Of a DNA stretch of 64,000 nt, positions 40,300-50,547 are shown one piece after another. The stretch is from a bacterium (GTDB lineage: Bacteria; RBG-13-61-14; DATKZS01), in contig CAXXFL010000002.1 in NCBI GenBank assembly GCA_963674965.2, positions 320,001-384,000 of the forward strand. Direction: 5' to 3'. The stretch's first letter is position 1; each line of letters begins with the position of its first letter. Under the pieces are notes generated by a model that saw only the letters and a program-made list of their open reading frames with translations, made no database searches and was not told where the DNA came from. Position numbers and translations under genes: made by a program.

Positions 40300-41166
40300 A
40301 TGAGCGTTCAGATACCGTCATATGATTCCCTCATGAACCCAATTTTAGAGGCACTTTTCTCTTTAGGCGGCTCTGGGTCTATAGATGAAATTTATGAAAA
40401 AGTACTTGAACTTCAGCATATTGGGGATGATATTTCATCGATATTACACAATCCCGACAGGAGCAACCAAACCGAAATAGCTTATCGACTTGCTTGGGCA
40501 AGGACTTACTTGAAAAAATATGGCTTCTTGGAAAATTCCAGCCGCGGAGTGTGGGCTCTAACCAAACTGGCTAAAGAGAAAAAACATGTTGTTCCCCAGG
40601 AAGTTGTGAAAAAAATCAGAACCGAATGGAAGGAGAAGGTTGAAAAGTTAAACAAGGATATAAATGAAGAAGGAGACTATGAAGTAGAAGAGATTGAAGT
40701 CCAGGACTGGCGGGAGGATTTGTTTAATATTCTTACAAAAGAGATATCTCCGGATGTTTTCGAAAGACTTGCCCAGCGACTTTTAAGAGAATCAGGTTTT
40801 GTTCAAGTGGAGGTCACCGGACGTACGGGTGACGGTGGGATCGACGGCAAAGGGATAGCCAGGATTCATGGGTTTATGAGTTTTCATGTGATATTCCAGT
40901 GCAAAAAATATCAGGGGAGTGTCTCCGCCGGAGACATAAGAGATTTTCGAGGAGCCATGGTTGGCCGAGCCGACAAGGGATTGTTTATTACAACGGGGAC
41001 CTTTACCCCTGCGGCAATTAAAGAAGCCACGCGTGATGGAGCACCTCCAATCGATCTCGTGGATGGGGAGCAGCTAGCCAATAAGTTGAAGGAATTTGAA
41101 TTGGGAATTAAGACTCAGATGATCGAGAAAGTGACCGTTGATAAAGAGTGGTTCTTGAATATATAG
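40300..41166 (+). CDS. mrr: Mrr-family type IV restriction endonuclease
   Basis: YRLAWARTYLKK..SRGVW winged helix; FERL, GDGGIDG, QCKKY, FITTGTFT; AT-rich. Confidence 0.93.
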   Translation: MSVQIPSYDSLMNPILEALFSLGGSGSIDEIYEKVLELQHIGDDISSILHNPDRSNQTEIAYRLAWARTYLKKYGFLENSSRGVWALTKLAKEKKHVVPQEVVKKIRTEWKEKVEKLNKDINEEGDYEVEEIEVQDWREDLFNILTKEISPDVFERLAQRLLRESGFVQVEVTGRTGDGGIDGKGIARIHGFMSFHVIFQCKKYQGSVSAGDIRDFRGAMVGRADKGLFITTGTFTPAAIKEATRDGAPPIDLVDGEQLANKLKEFELGIKTQMIEKVTVDKEWFLNI

Positions 41167-41170
41167 AAAA

Positions 41171-41750
41171 CGGCGTAAGCCGCGGGCTGAGTTCCCCTTG
41201 CCGCGTGGAATCCTGCCGCTCCGTTCGATCGCGATTAGAACCTCGTCAGACTCTTTTGCTTCCTAGACCCCCAGCCCGTTCGCTTCGCTCACCCACGCAA
41301 GATGCGTGGGCGACCCTGATTTGTGCCGTGGTTGGAAATCAGGCAATGAGCTTCAAGCCGGGGTCGCCCATGCATTCTGCATGGGCGGCGTAAGCCGCGG
41401 GCTGAGTTCCCCTCGCCGCGTGGAATTCTCCCGCTCCGTTCGATCACGATTAAAACCTCGTTAAACTCTTTTACTTCCTAGACCCCCAGCCCGTTCGCTT
41501 CGCTCACCCACGCAAGATGCGTGGGCGACCCTGATTTGTGCCGTGGTTGGAAATCAGGCAATGAGCTTCAAGCCGGGGTCGCCCATGCATTCTGCATGGG
41601 CGGCGTAAGCCGCGGGCTGAGTTTCCCTGGCCGCGTGGAATTCTCCCGCTCCGTTCGATCACGATTAAAACCTCGACAAATTCTTTTACTTCCTAGCCCC
41701 CCAGCCCGTTCGCTTCGCTCACCCACGCAAGATGCGTGGGCGACCCTGAT
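41171..41750. repeat. Tandem array of 215-bp F2 REPIN units (about 2.7 copies)
   Basis: GGGGTCGCCCATGC at 41360 and 41575; first copy 5'-truncated. Confidence 0.92.
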
Positions 41751-41834
41751 TGAATATAGGAGTATCTGATTTCTGGTAAGGCGACAATTTTTAACATAAT
41801 ATGCTAGATTAAAGACCGTATTGAAGGAGGGGAT

Positions 41835-42257
41835 ATGAAATATATTTTATTGTTATTTTTACTTTTAATCACAACTAATTGTACATCATCATACAACAAT
41901 AGAGGAAATGACATGTTGAAAGATCAAATAAGCAAAGAGAAAATCGACAATCTAATAGAAGATGTACTTAAGGAAGATAAATTAGGCGGACAAATTAGTA
42001 ATCTTTACATAAGATATAATTATCTAAATGATGACATTCTGAGACTAAAGCCTGATGGCCGTATAAATGGCGTGGGACCCTGGAAATACGGATATTGGAT
42101 TATTACAGAAAAAACCAATAAAGAGTTTTCAATGCGGTATAGCTATGATATAAATAGGGCGGAAATATTGCACATATCCGTTGACTTCATGATTGATGGC
42201 GACTATAAGCCAATTAATTGGAGCATGATAATTTTAGCCCGAGAGAATCCATTATAA
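41835..42257 (+). CDS. Very AT-rich orphan lipoprotein
   Basis: GAAGGAGG RBS; MKYILLLFLLLITTNC leader. Confidence 0.75.
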   Translation: MKYILLLFLLLITTNCTSSYNNRGNDMLKDQISKEKIDNLIEDVLKEDKLGGQISNLYIRYNYLNDDILRLKPDGRINGVGPWKYGYWIITEKTNKEFSMRYSYDINRAEILHISVDFMIDGDYKPINWSMIILARENPL

Positions 42258-42265
42258 TTATGGGT

Positions 42266-42622
42266 CGGGGTCGCCCATGCATTCTGCATGGGCGGCGTAA
42301 GCCTCGGGCTGAGTTCCCCTGGCCGCGTGGAATCCTTCCGCTCCGTTCGATCACGATAGAAACCTCGTCAAACTCTTTTACTTCCTAGCCCCCCAGCCCG
42401 TTCGCTTCGCTCACCCACGCAAGATGCGTGGGCGACCCTGATTTGTGCCGTGGTTGGAAATAAGTCAATGAGCTTCAAGCCGGGGTCGCCCATGCATTCT
42501 GCATGGGCGGCGTAAGCCGCGGGCTGAGTTTCCCTGGCCGCGTGGAATCCTGCCGCTCCGTTCGATCACGATAAAAACCTCGACAAATTCTTTTACTTCC
42601 GAGACCCCCAGCCCGTTCGCTT
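42266..42622. repeat. Continuation of the 215-bp F2 array (about 1.7 copies)
   Basis: Unit starts at 42267 and 42482. Confidence 0.92.
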
Positions 42623-42639
42623 TTCCGACCCTCCCGATA

Positions 42640-43803
42640 TTATCCGGCGACCGTTCTTACCAGCCGGCCTTCGGCCTTTCCTTTTTTCCTTTGAATTTTG
42701 ACGTAGGTCCTGCTAGGCTTGCCGCCCGTGTCCAGGGACTCGGCGGCGAAGGCGCCGTGGTTCAGGTAGGCGCCGGCCCGATGTCTCATTTCCTCGGCGC
42801 GGTGGACGTGTCCCATGACCACGATCTTCTGGCCGGTCTGGAAAATCCTCGAGGCGGCCCGGTGGCATGAGCGCCGGTGCCGGTCCCTGTATTCCTTCCT
42901 CCTGCCCGCGGGTTTGATCACTATGGCGGCGAAGGGAAGGCCGATCAGGAGCCAGGCGAGGGGCATGCCCAAAAGAGCGAACAGGAAAAGGGCCGCCACG
43001 GCAGCGGTTGACAGGTAGCGATCGATATACATGCGCCGGATGGCTTCACCCGCGCCGTGCATGGGCGACGCTTTGCCTTCTTCCTCAGGGGGGGGCGCGT
43101 CTTTTCGCCGGGCCGCCAGGCTTGCCTGGCAGGCGATCTTGAGCCCGGCCACCGGGTAGAGGGCTATCATCTTGAGCGCGTGCAGGCGATATTGCAAAAG
43201 CACTCGCGAGAGCACCTGGATGGGCGTTTTCTGCGAGTCCGTAAATGCCTCGTACCTTGGTATCCTGGAGAGGAGGTACTTGTTGACCAGGGTGCTGATG
43301 GGCAGGGCGCTGTCCCTTTTCTTTTGAAGCGCCGTCATTTCGTCAGGCCAGAAAAGGCAGTCCGGGTCATGGGCGTGTCCGTGCTCGACGTGTATTTCGT
43401 CGTCGATGAGGGACTCTCCGAACTTGAGGCTGGACTCGTCCGCTTGAAGCCTTTCGCGAATGGCTTGTCTTACCTCGGGCAAAGAGGTTTCCACGTCGTG
43501 GTTGCCGTGAATCCAGGTGACCGTTCCTCCCCGGACGAGATGCCGGGCAAGGGCCCGGGTGAAATCCGGATGCGAGTCAAGAATCTCGATCGCCCTTGCC
43601 GCGGCCGCCCTCGGGTCGAAACCGTCTCCCCGGCTTCCCTCGAACACCTCCAACTCGATCACGTCGCCGTTCAGCACCAGGTGAGGGACCGGGCCGGGAC
43701 CGGACGCCTCGTCCAGCAGCCTCGCGAAGTCCCTCGAGGCCCGGGCGTCCGATCCCGTCCGCAGATGAAGGTCACCCACGATAATATAGCTATCGGCCTT
43801 CAT
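42640..43803 (-). CDS. Calcineurin-like metallophosphoesterase with a membrane segment
   Basis: GDLHL, LNGD, GNHD, EHGH, MGHVH. Confidence 0.85.
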   Translation of the reverse strand: MKADSYIIVGDLHLRTGSDARASRDFARLLDEASGPGPVPHLVLNGDVIELEVFEGSRGDGFDPRAAAARAIEILDSHPDFTRALARHLVRGGTVTWIHGNHDVETSLPEVRQAIRERLQADESSLKFGESLIDDEIHVEHGHAHDPDCLFWPDEMTALQKKRDSALPISTLVNKYLLSRIPRYEAFTDSQKTPIQVLSRVLLQYRLHALKMIALYPVAGLKIACQASLAARRKDAPPPEEEGKASPMHGAGEAIRRMYIDRYLSTAAVAALFLFALLGMPLAWLLIGLPFAAIVIKPAGRRKEYRDRHRRSCHRAASRIFQTGQKIVVMGHVHRAEEMRHRAGAYLNHGAFAAESLDTGGKPSRTYVKIQRKKGKAEGRLVRTVAG

Positions 43804-43814
43804 GACGCCGGCGA

Positions 43815-45329
43815 TTACCTCGATACGGGGGCCCGGTCGTGGCCGTGCCTTTTTTGCTCGGGGCCATCCACCTTGGCCGCCTTGGAGTCCTTGCCTTCCT
43901 CCTCGAAGAACTTGCCCATCCTGTCGGAGAAAAACTCGTTCACGTCCAGATAGCCTAAAAAGGGAACGAACACCTTTCTGCCCGACTCGTAATCGGGCCC
44001 CTCCCAAACCGGATCGGACACCTTTTTGTAAGCCTGGGAATAGCGGTCTAAATGTGCCGTGACCACCGGGTCCTCGATGACCGACTCGCCGCCGTCATAA
44101 GTGGCGACCGCCCCGTGCTCCTTGGCCAGGGACCTCAGCACCTCGGGATGGTCGATGATCATGCAGCAGCGAAGCAGGTTCTGTGAGTAGGGCTGGGCCT
44201 TCCGAATGGCCTTGAAAAAGGGCGAGCGGAAAATCTCGGCCAGACTGTGGTCCTTGATGTTGTGGGTGGCGAACTGGGCGAAGGTGCAGGGCTGGACCAT
44301 GCCGTCGGGAGAAATGAAGCAATAACGGCTGGCGGCCATGCAGCCGGCTATGCAGGGACCGTCGTTCCAGAAGTCGCCGAAGAAGAAGGGCTTGGTTTTC
44401 CTCCACTCGACGATCTTTCCCCGCAGCTTGTCGCGCTGCTCGGGAGTGGGCATCATGGTCACGTCAGGGTCGCGGCCGATGGGGATATAGTTGAACATCC
44501 AGGCGAACAAGGCACCCTTGCCGATGCACATGTCGAGGAAATCGTCCGTGCAGATGGTGTCGCTGTTCTGCAGGGTGGGGGTGATGCTCACGCCGAACAT
44601 GACGCCGTGCTCGCGCAGGTTGTCCATGGCCCGCATGGTCTTGTCGAACACGCCCTCGCCCCGGCGGTCGTCGGTCAGTTCCCTGTAGCCCTCGATCGAG
44701 ATGGCGGGGAAAACGTTGCCAAGCTCGGCCAGGCGGGCCGCCGCCTTCTCGTCTATAAGCGTGCCGTTGGTATAGGTTAAAAAGGTCAGGTCGTTGAACT
44801 CCTCGAAGATTTCCATGATGCGCTTGTAGATGAAGGGCTCGCCGCCGGTAAGGGTGATGAAGCGCATGCCCAGATCGCGTCCCTCGGAAAGGGCGCGGCG
44901 GAGAAGGTCGTGGTCCATGGTTTCCCGGTTGTATTTATAGGCCCAGCAACCCTTGCAGCGAAGGTTGCAGGCCATGGTGGGATTGAGGACCATGGTGAAA
45001 GGAGGAAGGAACCCCTCGTCGAAAAGAGGGTTGAACACGATCTCTTTCCTCTTGGCCACCACGGAGATGATGAGGTTCTCGACGAACTTTTTCCACGGCG
45101 TCTCGCCCAGGCTCGAGGCCGTCCTCAGCGCCCAGCCGATGAACATGGGGTTGTCGTTTAATAACTTTTCCAGGTACGCCTCGACCCGGCCGGAAAGTTG
45201 CGAGTCCCCCGAGCCGTTCCCCTTTATTTCGCCCGCGCTGCCCGCGACCCTCGCGATGGCGCCGTTTATCTCTTCCTGAGTAAGTCCGGCCATCCTGCCG
45301 GCCTCCATAATCTTTTCCAATGTCCGCAT
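43815..45329 (-). CDS. Radical SAM protein with SPASM/twitch domain
   Basis: CNLRCKGC, TGGEP, TNGT, DFWNDG..GC...QPC. Confidence 0.92.
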   Translation of the reverse strand: MRTLEKIMEAGRMAGLTQEEINGAIARVAGSAGEIKGNGSGDSQLSGRVEAYLEKLLNDNPMFIGWALRTASSLGETPWKKFVENLIISVVAKRKEIVFNPLFDEGFLPPFTMVLNPTMACNLRCKGCWAYKYNRETMDHDLLRRALSEGRDLGMRFITLTGGEPFIYKRIMEIFEEFNDLTFLTYTNGTLIDEKAAARLAELGNVFPAISIEGYRELTDDRRGEGVFDKTMRAMDNLREHGVMFGVSITPTLQNSDTICTDDFLDMCIGKGALFAWMFNYIPIGRDPDVTMMPTPEQRDKLRGKIVEWRKTKPFFFGDFWNDGPCIAGCMAASRYCFISPDGMVQPCTFAQFATHNIKDHSLAEIFRSPFFKAIRKAQPYSQNLLRCCMIIDHPEVLRSLAKEHGAVATYDGGESVIEDPVVTAHLDRYSQAYKKVSDPVWEGPDYESGRKVFVPFLGYLDVNEFFSDRMGKFFEEEGKDSKAAKVDGPEQKRHGHDRAPVSR

Positions 45330-46119
45330 AATTCCTCCTGAAAGCGAAAAAGCGCGTCAAGTCGCGCGCTTGCCCGTCTTCTCCTTTTTTTCTTCGCCGA
45401 GCCAAATTTCACTCGGCTCTCTTTTTGTCCCGCTTGATTTAACCCCTGGTAAAACCCTGTTCTATGGAGCCATAAGTAAATGATAAATATATTAAACCGC
45501 CTTCTAGCGGGTCGTCTTCGTCGTTTTTTCGACCTCTTTTTATCCTACAAGTTTCAAAAATATGATTGAATTTGCAATCGGCTAAATCCCCATTAAACCC
45601 TTTTACCTAAGGGTAAAGATATTTTACCAACCAGTAAGTAAATTATAAAATATTCTGAAAACAAGTTTAACCGGGTGGTAATAAACCCCGACATATTTTT
45701 TTTATGGTGGTAGTCTAGACCCTCAAGAAGCGTTTGTCAAGTAACTTATGCTTACCGTATGGTTAAATAACAAATTGAAAATAAATGAATATTCCAGAAT
45801 AATGTTTGTTCGGCGAGCGGTTGCAGAATATGCAAAACATAGAATTGGCCGGGATTAAAATATTATGATAAATCGGAGGCAATACGCCGAATAAAAAAAG
45901 AGACAACGATAATCGACTTGAAAAAAATACTATATAATTATAATCAGACGTGACGGTAATCAACTTGGTCGCGCGACTCATTTGATAAGGCCCCTCAATA
46001 CAAGATTTTTCAATTTTCCTCGGATAACCTTCGTTCCCAACCATGCGTCTATTGACCGCGCAAAAAATATGCATGGCGCACCGGCCTGTGTTATACAAGG
46101 AGAAAAGGAGGAACGGACA

Positions 46120-47847
46120 ATGGCCAAAAGGGCAGGATCGCGGTTCGCCATCGGCGTTGATTACGGGACCAACAGTGTAAGGGCGCTTATAGTCGATTTG
46201 AATGCCGGCGCGGACGTCTCGAGCCGCTTTTACAATTACCCCTCCGGCAAGAGCGGAATCTTGCTGGACCCCAAGGACCCCAATCTGGCGCGACAAAACC
46301 CGGCCGATTATATCAAGGGTTTTTTCGCCGCCGTCGGGGGCGCCGTAAAGGAGGCGGGCAAAAAGAAAGGTTTCGATCCTTCCCGGGTGGTGGGCATAGG
46401 CGTCGACTGCACCGGCTCGACGCCGCTTCCAGTGGACGAGCGTTGCGTGCCCCTGGCCATGAACAAGCGCTTTGCCAATAACATGGCGGCCCACGCCTGG
46501 CTGTGGAAGGACCATACTTCTCATGAAGAAGCGGCTATGATTACGGACAAGGCGGCCAGATCGGGAGCGCCGTATCTGAACAAGTGCGGCGGCGTCTATT
46601 CCTCCGAGTGGTTCTGGTCGAAGATTTTCCACTGCCAAAGGACGGCGCCGGCCGTGTTCAAGGCGGCTTATTCCTGGGTCGAGTGCTGCGACTTCGTGCC
46701 CGCCTATCTGACGGGATGTGAGGACCCGCTCAAGATCAAGCGGAGCGTCTGCGCCGCCGGCCATAAGGCCATGTTCAACCAGGAATGGGGCGGACTGCCG
46801 TCCAAGGCGTTCCTTAAAAAGCTCTCGCCCGAGATGGCGGACCTGCGTGACAGGCTCTACTCCGAGGCCCTGCCGTCGGACCGGATAGCCGGAGTGCTTG
46901 CCGACAAGATAGCCGCCAAAGTGGGTCTGGGCCCAGGAATACCCGTGGCCGTGGGCGCTCTTGACGCGCACATGGGGGCCGTGGGCTCGGGCATAAAGCC
47001 CGGAACCCTGGTCAAGATCATCGGGACCTCGACCTGCGACATGATGGTGGCGCCCATGGACAAGGAGTTGGCCGACATTCCCGGTCTTTGCGGCGTGGCC
47101 CCCGGCTCGATCGTCCCTTCCATGTACGGCATCGAGGCCGGGCAGTCGGCGGTGGGAGACGTTTTCAACTGGTTCGTCGAGGAGCTTTGTCCTCCCAGCT
47201 ACCTGAAGGGAGACCCTCACGCCCAGTTGACCAGGGCCGCTGAAAAACTGGCGCCCGGCGAAAGCGGACTTTTGGCCCTGGACTGGAATAACGGCAACCG
47301 CACGGTGTTGGTCGATCCACTTTTAACCGGGCTTCTGGTGGGCCATACCCTCCACACCACCGCCCCCGAGATATATCGCGCCCTTATCGAGGCCACCGCC
47401 TTTGGCGCGCTGACCATAGTAAAAAGGATCGAGGAGTACGGGGTTAAGGTAAAGGAGATCGTCAACTGCGGCGGCATAGCCGAAAAAAATCCTTTCCTTA
47501 TGCAGATATACGCCGACGTGCTCGACGGGCCCATGAAGGTCAGCGCCCACGGCCAGACCTGCGCCCTCGGCGCCGCCATCTTCGGTTCGGTGGTGGGCGG
47601 CCATTTCAAGACGGTCATGGAGGCGGAAAAACGTTTAACCAAAACCAAGCCCGATTACTATAAACCCAATAAAAAGAGCGTCCAGGTATATAAAAAGCTC
47701 TATCCTCTTTATTTAATGTTGCACGACGCCATGGGTACGCCATCTCACCAGGGTGAATTAAAAAGCGTTATGAAGGACCTTATAAAGATTCGTGACGAGG
47801 CAAGGGTAGGAGCGGGGAAGACCGATCGTAAGCGAAAGTCCAAATAA
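46120..47847 (+). CDS. araB: Ribulokinase (FGGY family)
   Basis: IGVDYGTNSVRA, LWKDHT, YSSEWFWSK, CAAGHKA, GTSTCD, LDWNNGNR. Confidence 0.92.
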   Translation: MAKRAGSRFAIGVDYGTNSVRALIVDLNAGADVSSRFYNYPSGKSGILLDPKDPNLARQNPADYIKGFFAAVGGAVKEAGKKKGFDPSRVVGIGVDCTGSTPLPVDERCVPLAMNKRFANNMAAHAWLWKDHTSHEEAAMITDKAARSGAPYLNKCGGVYSSEWFWSKIFHCQRTAPAVFKAAYSWVECCDFVPAYLTGCEDPLKIKRSVCAAGHKAMFNQEWGGLPSKAFLKKLSPEMADLRDRLYSEALPSDRIAGVLADKIAAKVGLGPGIPVAVGALDAHMGAVGSGIKPGTLVKIIGTSTCDMMVAPMDKELADIPGLCGVAPGSIVPSMYGIEAGQSAVGDVFNWFVEELCPPSYLKGDPHAQLTRAAEKLAPGESGLLALDWNNGNRTVLVDPLLTGLLVGHTLHTTAPEIYRALIEATAFGALTIVKRIEEYGVKVKEIVNCGGIAEKNPFLMQIYADVLDGPMKVSAHGQTCALGAAIFGSVVGGHFKTVMEAEKRLTKTKPDYYKPNKKSVQVYKKLYPLYLMLHDAMGTPSHQGELKSVMKDLIKIRDEARVGAGKTDRKRKSK

Positions 47848-48053
47848 CGGCGTTTTACTAAATAATACAAAGGGTATCGCTTGACGCCCGCCTCGTTTTC
47901 CCCGGCGCGTTTTAGTTAAATACTTGTAATAACCGCTTATTTATGCTAAAAATCTTAAGGGGACGGGCCCGGCTTGTCCGATCTACATGGTTTAACCGCG
48001 AGATTTTCCCGATACTGAAAATTAACTTCGCGCGATTTAAGGGGAGAGTGTGC

Positions 48054-48326
48054 ATGAAATATTGGAGGACTCCGCTTGACGTTAACCAGATAAACGCCAC
48101 CCGGGGCAAAGTCGTCATCATCGTCGATCGCTGCAAGGGTTGCGAATTCTGCGTGGAATTCTGTCCAAGGGGCGTGTTGAGGATGTCCTCCGATTTCAAC
48201 GCCAAGGGGTATCATCCTCCCGAGGTCGCCGACGAGTCGCGGTGCGTCAATTGTCATTTCTGCGAGATTCTCTGCCCGGAATTCGCGATCTTCTCGATCG
48301 AGTCGTCGGGTACGGAAGCCGCCTAG
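48054..48326 (+). CDS. korD: 2[4Fe-4S] ferredoxin, 2-oxoacid oxidoreductase delta subunit
   Basis: CKGCEFCVEFCP and CVNCHFCEILCPEFAI. Confidence 0.88.
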   Translation: MKYWRTPLDVNQINATRGKVVIIVDRCKGCEFCVEFCPRGVLRMSSDFNAKGYHPPEVADESRCVNCHFCEILCPEFAIFSIESSGTEAA

Positions 48327-48484
48327 CGTCCTGGCTCGTCCCGGTACGGGGCGATGGGGCGCGGCCGACTTCTTTCCCGCGCGGACCGGAGTAATTAAGG
48401 CACAAAAATCACAGCGTTCGAATTGCCGGTCCCGATAAAAACGATCTTCTCCGCCTTGGCGGGGATGGAATTGGAGGAGCCAAA

Positions 48485-49654
48485 TTGGCCGGAAAAGCGG
48501 TACTGACTGGAGTGCATTTCCTTAACGGAGACTACGCCTGCTCGGAGGGCGCGCTTGCCGCCGGTTGCCTTTTTTTCGGCGGGTATCCCATAACGCCCGC
48601 CACCGAGGTAGCCGAGCGCATGGCCCGCCGACTTCCCCAGGTGGGCGGAGTGTACATCCAGATGGAGGATGAGATCGCCTCGATGGCCTCGATCCTGGGG
48701 GCCAGTTGGGGTGGGAAAAAATCCATGACCAGCACCTCCGGTCCGGGGTTCTCGCTTATGATGGAAAACATCGGGCTCGGCCTGTGTACCGAGACGCCCT
48801 GCGTGGTCTGCAACGTGCAAAGGGCAGGACCCAGCACCGGCCTTCCCACCCTGGTGGGGCAGGGAGACATGATGCAGGCCAGGTGGGGTTCCCACGGCCC
48901 TTACGAGACGATCGCCGTGGCCCCCTCCAGCCCCCAGGAGATGTTCGACTTCACCGTCTGGGCCTTCAACCTGTCCGAGAAATACCGCACCCCGGTCATG
49001 ATCATGGCTGACGAGGTGGTGGGCCACATGACGGAGAAGGTGGTCATTCCTCCCGAGGACGAGATCGAGATAGTAAACCGGAAAAAACCCGAGCATCCGC
49101 CGGAGAAATACGAGCCCTATTTTTATCCCTATAAGGCCGGCCCCGACGGCATAGCGCCCATGGCCAACTTCGGCGAGGGCTACAACGTGCACATCACCGG
49201 CCTTACTCACGACGAGCGGGGATACCCGGGCATGGACCCGGTGACCCAGGTCCACATGGTCGAGAGGATAGTCAATAAGATCAGGAACAACGTGGACGAT
49301 ATTATCGACTACGATCTTTTCATGATGGACGGGGCCGAGGCGGCCGTGGTGGCCTACGGCATAAGCGCCCGGAGCGCCAAGCGGGCGGTCAAGGACCTTC
49401 GCGCCGAGGGAAAAAAGGTGGGCCTTATCAAGCTCAACTCGGTCTGGCCCTTCCCGGAGAGTTTCTTTCGGGGACTGGCCAAGGACGTGAAGGCCATGGT
49501 CATGCCCGAGATCAACCTGGGCCAGATGGTCCTCGAGCTGGAAAGGTGCGCCGCCGGCAATTGCCTGGTAAAACTGGTCGGTCACGCCGGCGGGGCCATT
49601 ATCAGCCCCAAGACCATCAAGCTGGCCGTGGAGCGGGCGTTAAAGGAGGCGTGA
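48485..49654 (+). CDS. korA: 2-oxoacid:ferredoxin oxidoreductase alpha subunit
   Basis: GYPITPATE, QMEDEI, TSGPGFSLM, QRAGPSTGLPT. Confidence 0.93.
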   Translation: MAGKAVLTGVHFLNGDYACSEGALAAGCLFFGGYPITPATEVAERMARRLPQVGGVYIQMEDEIASMASILGASWGGKKSMTSTSGPGFSLMMENIGLGLCTETPCVVCNVQRAGPSTGLPTLVGQGDMMQARWGSHGPYETIAVAPSSPQEMFDFTVWAFNLSEKYRTPVMIMADEVVGHMTEKVVIPPEDEIEIVNRKKPEHPPEKYEPYFYPYKAGPDGIAPMANFGEGYNVHITGLTHDERGYPGMDPVTQVHMVERIVNKIRNNVDDIIDYDLFMMDGAEAAVVAYGISARSAKRAVKDLRAEGKKVGLIKLNSVWPFPESFFRGLAKDVKAMVMPEINLGQMVLELERCAAGNCLVKLVGHAGGAIISPKTIKLAVERALKEA

Positions 49655-50547
49655 TGAGCGTCAAGACGAAAGGCAACGTTCCCTCCCATCCTCAGGACGA
49701 GCTCCTGCGGACGGACAGGATTCCCCATATCTGGTGCTCGGGCTGCGGGATTGGAACCGTATTCAGCTCACTTATGTCGGGCATAAAAAAGTCGGAGGTC
49801 CCTCTTAACGAGGTCGCCGTCGTGTCCGGAATCGGATGCACGGGCAGGATGGCGGGCTATATCAGGCTCGACTCCTTTCATACCACCCACGGCCGGGCCA
49901 TACCCTTCGCCACCGGGCTCAAGCTCGCGAGGCCAGACTCGAAGGTCATCGTGGCCAGCGGGGACGGAGACCTGCTCGCCATAGGCGGCAACCATTTCAT
50001 CCACGCCGCCAGACGGAACCTGGACCTGACGGTCATCTGCGTCAACAACTTCAACTACGGCATGACCGGAGGCCAGATGGCGCCCAGCACTCCCTTTGGC
50101 GCCAAGACCACCACCAGCGCCATGGGCAACCCTGAGGAACCCTTTAATTTCTGTCAGCTCGCCGCCGCCTGCGGGGCGACCTACGTGGCCAGATGGACCT
50201 CGCTTCACCTTCGCAGGCTCACGGACTCGATCAGGGAGGCCATGGATAAAAGAGGCTTTTCCTTTATCGAGGTGCTCGCGCCTTGTCCCACCTCATTCGG
50301 AAGAAGGAATAAGATGCGCAAAGCCCTGGATATCGCCAGGTTCTATCATGAAAAGTCCGTCATCAAAAACGATATCGACCCCAGCGGGGCCGATCTCGAC
50401 TTCGGGAAAAACATTGTCTGCGGAAGGTTCGTCGATTCTCTAAGACCGACCTTCCTCGATAATTACGGGGCCATAAACAGAAAAGAAATCGGAGACTGGC
50501 CCAACCTGGATAACCAGAAAAAACCCTCGGAAAGGAAAACCGGATGA
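49654..50547 (+). CDS. korB: 2-oxoacid:ferredoxin oxidoreductase beta subunit
   Basis: WCSGCG, SGIGC, HGRA, GDGD..AIGGNH, NYGMTGGQ. Confidence 0.93.
   Translation: MSVKTKGNVPSHPQDELLRTDRIPHIWCSGCGIGTVFSSLMSGIKKSEVPLNEVAVVSGIGCTGRMAGYIRLDSFHTTHGRAIPFATGLKLARPDSKVIVASGDGDLLAIGGNHFIHAARRNLDLTVICVNNFNYGMTGGQMAPSTPFGAKTTTSAMGNPEEPFNFCQLAAACGATYVARWTSLHLRRLTDSIREAMDKRGFSFIEVLAPCPTSFGRRNKMRKALDIARFYHEKSVIKNDIDPSGADLDFGKNIVCGRFVDSLRPTFLDNYGAINRKEIGDWPNLDNQKKPSERKTG

Noticed and set aside
41171-42622. CRISPR array or integron attC array
   Set aside because: Units are 215 bp with near-identical interiors and linkers; no cas genes or integrase in the window; no clear attC core sites.
45330-46119. Replication origin
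   Set aside because: AT-rich, but I found no cluster of TTATCCACA-type DnaA boxes and no dnaA/dnaN nearby.
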